A stretch of DNA of 64,000 bases from Blastocladiella emersonii ATCC 22665 (taxonomy: Eukaryota; Fungi; Blastocladiomycota). The DNA lies in NCBI GenBank assembly GCA_025594325.1, contig JANHCV010000009.1:1364001-1428000 (forward strand), in the 5' to 3' direction. Numbering within the stretch: position 1 is the stretch's first letter; every line of letters begins with the position of its first letter. A program made the translations under genes and the position numbers. Below the pieces are notes generated by a model. That model worked only from the letters and a program-made list of their open reading frames with translations, was not told where the DNA came from and did not search any database. Shown one piece after another: positions 58,736 to 64,000 of this stretch.

Positions 58736-59549
58736 GTGGAATGAGTGCTCTGTTTTGGTTCGTCGTCGATCTGGACGGTCGGCAGCGTGGTGCGCGCGAG
58801 CTTGGGCGCGGCCGACTCTCTACCCTGCAGCAGCAGCGAGTTGAGCTGGGCCGGGCCGTCGGGGCACGCGAGCGCGTACACCACGGCGTCGCGCTTGCGG
58901 GCAACCGCCTGGACCTAGACGAGCCACGCGAGCGGGATCCGATGATGGCCTGCAGCGGGATCGACTCGTGCTGGACCACGGACTCGGTCAGCAGGCCTTG
59001 CGCCATGAGCCGCAGCGGGCCGCCCGACGCGTCCGGGATCCGCGACAGGACGTGAGGGTAATGGACGGCTACACGTGGCGGTCGGCGAAACGCCAGTACG
59101 GTGGGGTGCACGAGGAACCGTACCGACAGTCTTGGGTACGCCGGAAACTGCAGCGTGCCGCGGCCGAGGACAGAGTCGCCGTGAAGGCCGGTGAAGACGT
59201 CGACGCCCGTGGACTTGGCGGCGGCGCGCACGTTTACACGTCACGCGATGAAGCACTCCCTGGGCGTGACGAGCACCATGTGCGGGCAAAGGTCATACAG
59301 GTGGTCGGTCTGCTATTTTTCGCGGTGTTGCGGCTTGTGTCAAGGGGCGCGAAGACGGTGACGCGCGGATCGGCGAGGGCCAGGTGCAAGCACATGTCGC
59401 AGAAAGTGCTCTCGGCGAGGTACGCGTGCTGGTCGTGCGAGAGCAGCCGCGGTCCTCGTAGTTGGGCCGAAATGGCGGTGATGCGTTTGGGCAGGCGCAC
59501 CGCGGGCGGCTGCATGGCGAGGTCGTAAGATGCAAGCCCCGTGTCCATG
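58736..59549 (-). pseudogene. Possible degenerate gene of unknown function
   Basis: Host-like codon stretches in several frames, with an in-frame TGA, frameshifts and possible splice sites. No recognisable domain. Confidence 0.28.
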
Positions 59550-60579
59550 TAATGTGGTGAGGTGAGTACGCTTTGTTTTGCGGGAGCAATCTGTGCATAC
59601 CGGCGAGGTCGGCAATCGACTGCGACTCGAGCAGCGCGACGGGAAGTCCGTACGCTGAAGTGGTGCGTCACGACGGACCCGTTGAGCATCCCGAGGGACA
59701 CGACGTCGCCTACCGAGCTGATCGGCGTTACGTCATCCTCCCGCTTGGACGTAGTCCGTGCAATAGCACCGACCAAGCATGTCGAAACACGTTATCGCGT
59801 TGCACGCGCGAACCGCTCGCTCAGCGCGGTGCGGGTCCCCGCCGGTGGTGCAATGCTGCTCAGGACCGGGACCAGGTTGAACATGACAACCTCAAAGATA
59901 AGGTTTCAGCAAGTTACGGTGGGTCAAAAGACCGATTCATGGAGGATTCATGGCGGGTCGAGAGAGAGCGACCAAACGGACCGCGGCGCGACGTCTACAA
60001 CGCGTCCATCGCCGCCCCCAAAGATTGCCGAAGCCGACTTAAGCTCGACCTTGAGTGTCAAGAACCGGCTATGCGAAGAACGAAATGTCTCCAAGTGTCT
60101 CCAAAACGCGCGTCCGGGAAATTGTCTCGCGCCCGCTCGCGTGATGCTGCGACGCGTCTTCGTCCCGCCGGAACGAAGGGAGGTGGAAAAGGGTTATTCA
60201 TGCTATGCTCGATGACCATAGCGGCTCTCGCGTGTCTGGCGGGTGGTCGCGGCAGCTCTCGAGTCTGCTCTCGAGTTGGCGACCCAACCCTCGACAAGTG
60301 CAGGGCCGCCGTCGTGATTGCGCATCAAGGTACTACGCCGTCCAAGCATCTCTTCATGACCTGGAAACTCACGCTCCGCTGCCCGAACTAGTAGGTTCCG
60401 CAAGCCCCGGCGCGGCACCAGCTCGACTCGCTTTCGTCATCCACTCGACGCATCGTTTGCCGTGCGTCGCTGCCGGGCAACATCATCGGGTTCGAGTCGC
60501 GCCGGGCGCCGAGCGCAGCGCGCATGCACAGTCGTCTGGACCGCAGTAGCAGCGCCACGTCGACGTCAAGGGCGGCGAG

Positions 60580-63500
60580 TTGAGTCGAGTCGAGTCGAGT
60601 GGAGTCGTTCATCAAGGTACTCGCTCACTCATGCTCGAAACTCCTGCCATCGGACAACTCACGTTCGCTGATCCGTGTAGCTGCTCGAGAACATGATCAT
60701 CCGCGCCAGTCGGCCAGCTCAAGCTCGCTTACTCGAGTCGTCGTCGTGCAGCCGTGTCGTGGTGCGGGATCCGCGGCCACACTCGCTCGACCTTCTGCCT
60801 TGACACGCCGTCAAAGTACGCCCTGCCCGCCTGGCATGTGCTGGTGGAAGGTCGGCGAGCTATATCATAGCGTCAAGGCGTTGAGCGACTGGCCGCGGTG
60901 CGGCGGGCGGGTGACGACGTGGGCGACGACGTCCCGCACCGCGAGACGGGGCGCGGCGGCGGCCTGCGAGCAAGCAGTTCACGGTCGGTCGACTTCTCGG
61001 CCACGGACACGCAGCCACGGTCGAGTACTCGGCAACGACAGCAAGGTACGTTTCTCCCGACTCGCTCTTGTCGTCGCGATCGGGCAAGGCAACTGACACC
61101 CGCTGATCCGTGTAGATTCTCGAGATCATCATCATCATCATCATCATCTACGCCAGCCAGCTGCTGCTGCTCGCCGCGTCGGGTCGCGCGGCGCCGCGGC
61201 CGTCCACCTGACACGTCGTGGGACGATGCCCAGTACACACTGCTTCGAGCGAGGCCGAGCTCAGCAGGTGGTGGAACCCGCACTATACTCCGTAGCGTTC
61301 CTCGCGCGTGTCTGGCGGCTGGTCGTGGCGCGGAGCGCGATGGACGTGGCGAGCACGCAGCAGCGGCGCGGCGCGGCGCGGCTCGAGCTGCATGCAGGTC
61401 GAGACTGCTCGCCGTGCGTGTTCTCGGTCGAGTACTCGGGATCCGGCCCGGCCGTTATCATCGCGACAAGCGGAGGTACCATGTTTCGGCCGGCTGGGCG
61501 GCGGCGTCGTTGTCGTCGAGATCCGAGAACTCACGCGTCTCGTCATGTAGATTACTCTTCAAGCGCGGTGCGGTTCGTTCGATCGGGAGGACCGCGTCGT
61601 GTTGTATCGCGCCACGGCCATCCGCCCGTCACGTCGGGGGGCAACGCCCAGTACACACTGCTTCGAGCGTGGTCGAGCTCAGCAGGCGGTGGAACCCGCA
61701 CTATAATCCGTAGTGCCCCTCTCGCGTGTCTGGCGGCTGGTCGTGGCGCGGTCGGTGCGGTACAACGAACGACGCGGCGAACCGCGAGCCATCAAGGTAC
61801 CGCTCGCTCGAAGTCGACTCAGTTACGACTACGGCGGCGACAAGGGTACGCTTCTCACAAGTCGCTGCCGCCGTGATGATTGGGCACCAACTCACACTCG
61901 CTGATCCGTGCCGTGTAGAGATCCTCGAGATGATCAGCTTCAGCACCAGCTGTGTTTGTCGGTCGAGTGCTCGGATCCGGCCCTGACATTGCGACACGCC
62001 GAGGTACCGCGCGTCTGTGATTGCTGACAACGTCCCGGTCCAACAACTCACACACGCTTGTCCGTTCCCCTGCTCGTGTAGAATCGTGTTTCGGCTCGCG
62101 GAGCGGTTCGAGTGCTTCTCCAAGTCCAGTACGTGCAGCTGCAGCAGGCCGAGATCGTGCGTCGGTCGCTCAGTCGCGAGGGCCGCGTCATGTCGCGCCG
62201 AGCGCCGGCATTCGTGATCCCGACGCGCGCTCTGCTCAAGGCTCGGCAGCGGCGGGTCTACCCTCTCATCGGCGATGGCAGCACCATCAACAAGGGTGCG
62301 TACGCTCATGGCTATGGCCCGGACACTCATGATCCACAGACGACTCACTCGCGCGCCAACTGTAGGCGGATCGGCGACACTCAACGACTCTAGTCAGCAT
62401 CAGCTCATGGTCTGCGACATTCTCCTGATCGGTCATCGGCATCAAGGCCGTCGCAGCATCCACCGTGGCCACGGCGTCGCTCATCCGCTGGTGGTCGCCG
62501 GTACGCCCCACGACGGCGCAGCAACGTGGTCGCCCGCCGTGGCTGCGACCGCCCCTCGCTCGCTCGCACGGCTGCGTGTAGTGTCGACGCCCTGGTGCAG
62601 AGCCGGCGTACTCGCCCAGCCCTAGCACCCCTCCCTCGGCACGCCCTTCTTTGCTGCGGGGAAACGAGCTCCCGCACCCCCGCCGTAAGCACCGCCCACA
62701 CCTCCCCCACCATGCGCTCGTTCGCCGCAAACGCATGGTGCAGTGGGCCCGATGTGTGGCGCGGTCAGGCAAAAGGGAGCTCGGCCGTGCGGAGGCGCTA
62801 ACGAAGGGCGGCGAACCGTGTGGCGGCGCAATAGTACGTGGCTGTGCAACGGCCCATTGACGACCCTCGCGGCGTCCGGCGGTGGTGGGCGACCACCCCA
62901 TCAACGTTTGCACAGCTTTCGGGAATGCGTCGCCCGCTCTGCACCGGTGCATCCGTGTGTTCAAGTCCAAGCGCGAGGCATCGCTAGCAGCAGCAGCGGC
63001 AGGTACGGCGCGGCACCTATGCCCGCGACTCTTGACTGGTCCCCACCGCGTGCTCACCTCGAGACCCTCGCCTGCCATGCGTGTAGATCATCTTCTTCGA
63101 CATCGTCATCCGCATCCGCGCGTGCGTGCATGATCGTCGAGTCCAAGACCACGCGCGCGCTCAGCGACCTGTTCACCTGTTCGGGCCGCCGGCAGCTTCA
63201 CGTCGCGCAGCACCCGAGTCGGGCCGAGGCCATGGCCGTGCTTCGCGGCCCGTTCAAGGTACCGCGTCCTGACTTGTCTCTCGTCTCGGGTCAGAGGAGC
63301 TCACTCTCACGCTCACCCTCGCGTAGCTCGATCCACCAAGGGTCCCGCGGCGCGCGTGTACCCGACAAGGTCGTGCTGTCGTACCGCATCGTCGAGTCGC
63401 TCGGCGGTGGCCCTTTGCCTTCAAAAAGATCAAGCGCGCGTGCCGTCGGCGACGAGGCCATGGTGGGCACAACATCTCGTCTCGGTCTCGGGCTCAATGG

Positions 63501-63710
63501 CCAAGTTCCGCTGCAACCACCAGTACACGCTCCGCTCATCCGTCCGCACCGTGCCGCCGCCGCGTTTGTCGTCAAGCTGCCGCCTCGGTCGGCCACGCTC
63601 GACTCAAGCTGTCTGTCGTCGTTCGCGCCCTGGTTGGCCCACCATCCATCCATCCTCCTCGGGTTGCCGAAGCCCAAGACCAAGGACCACCTGGTGCACG
63701 ACAGGTACTG
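60580..63710 (+). pseudogene. Decayed multi-exon gene relic built from tandem exon-intron modules of about 430 bp
   Basis: Intron-like units at 60617-60680, 61046-61115, 61476-61550 and 61846-61918 (AAG|GTAC...GCTGATCCGTGTAG). Near-duplicate exon segments at 61228 and 61646. No intact long ORF. Confidence 0.5.
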
Positions 63711-64000
63711 ACGGTCGCGAATATGGGAAGCGTGTCTAACGACGAATACATTCACCCCCGGTCCATATCCGTGACCCTCGTTACTATATTCTTGAACCAC
63801 ATGTCGAACGAGTGGTCAGCGGCGTGCTCGAGGTTAGCGAGCGGTTGCGCGACGTCGCGGACCGAGATCCAGCGCGGATCGCCGCCGGGGGCCGCGGTGG
63901 CGGGCGGCGTCGTCGAGTCCACGAGCGACTGCCACAGGTCGAGTACGCGGAGCACGATCCTTGCGCGCTGGGAGGCGAGCGACTCGGCGAACGCGTGGCC

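Noticed and set aside
59573-60391. 272-aa plus-strand ORF
   Set aside because: No motif, atypical composition and codon usage; probably a chance ORF in decayed DNA.

Overview
Eukaryotic, very GC-rich fungal-type DNA. Introns are short (about 60-85 nt) with GTRCGY-like donors, CTRAC/GCTGA-like branch points and YAG acceptors. The gene content suggests an early-diverging (zoosporic, Blastocladiomycota-like) fungus; this is an inference. No rRNA, tRNA or CRISPR was seen. The window alternates conserved housekeeping blocks with degenerate accessory blocks. Housekeeping genes: Nup159/214, mitochondrial LeuRS, Cbk1/NDR kinase, an EXOG-type nuclease, Rpf2, Put2, Fox2 with SCP2, a DHHC palmitoyltransferase, a RibD_C protein, an APC permease, a PhnP-like MBL hydrolase and a long-chain alcohol oxidase. 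Accessory content: a deleted LINE relic, tandem BTB and F-box-like paralogs with pseudogenes, ankyrin genes, a long hairpin, motif arrays and a decayed exon-intron module array. The most notable observations are: (1) an EXOG-type nuclease (SRGH motif plus Wing-like C-terminus) rather than a plain Nuc1; (2) two head-to-head, membrane-anchored disordered proteins sharing a PPPLxxADSGVDVL motif; (3) an ankyrin protein ending in a P2X7-ballast-like motif; (4) a regularly spaced CTCGACTCGCG array with unique spacers; (5) a 142-bp identical tract between diverged BTB paralogs. Family assignments come from motifs recognised by eye or memory; no database searches were run.
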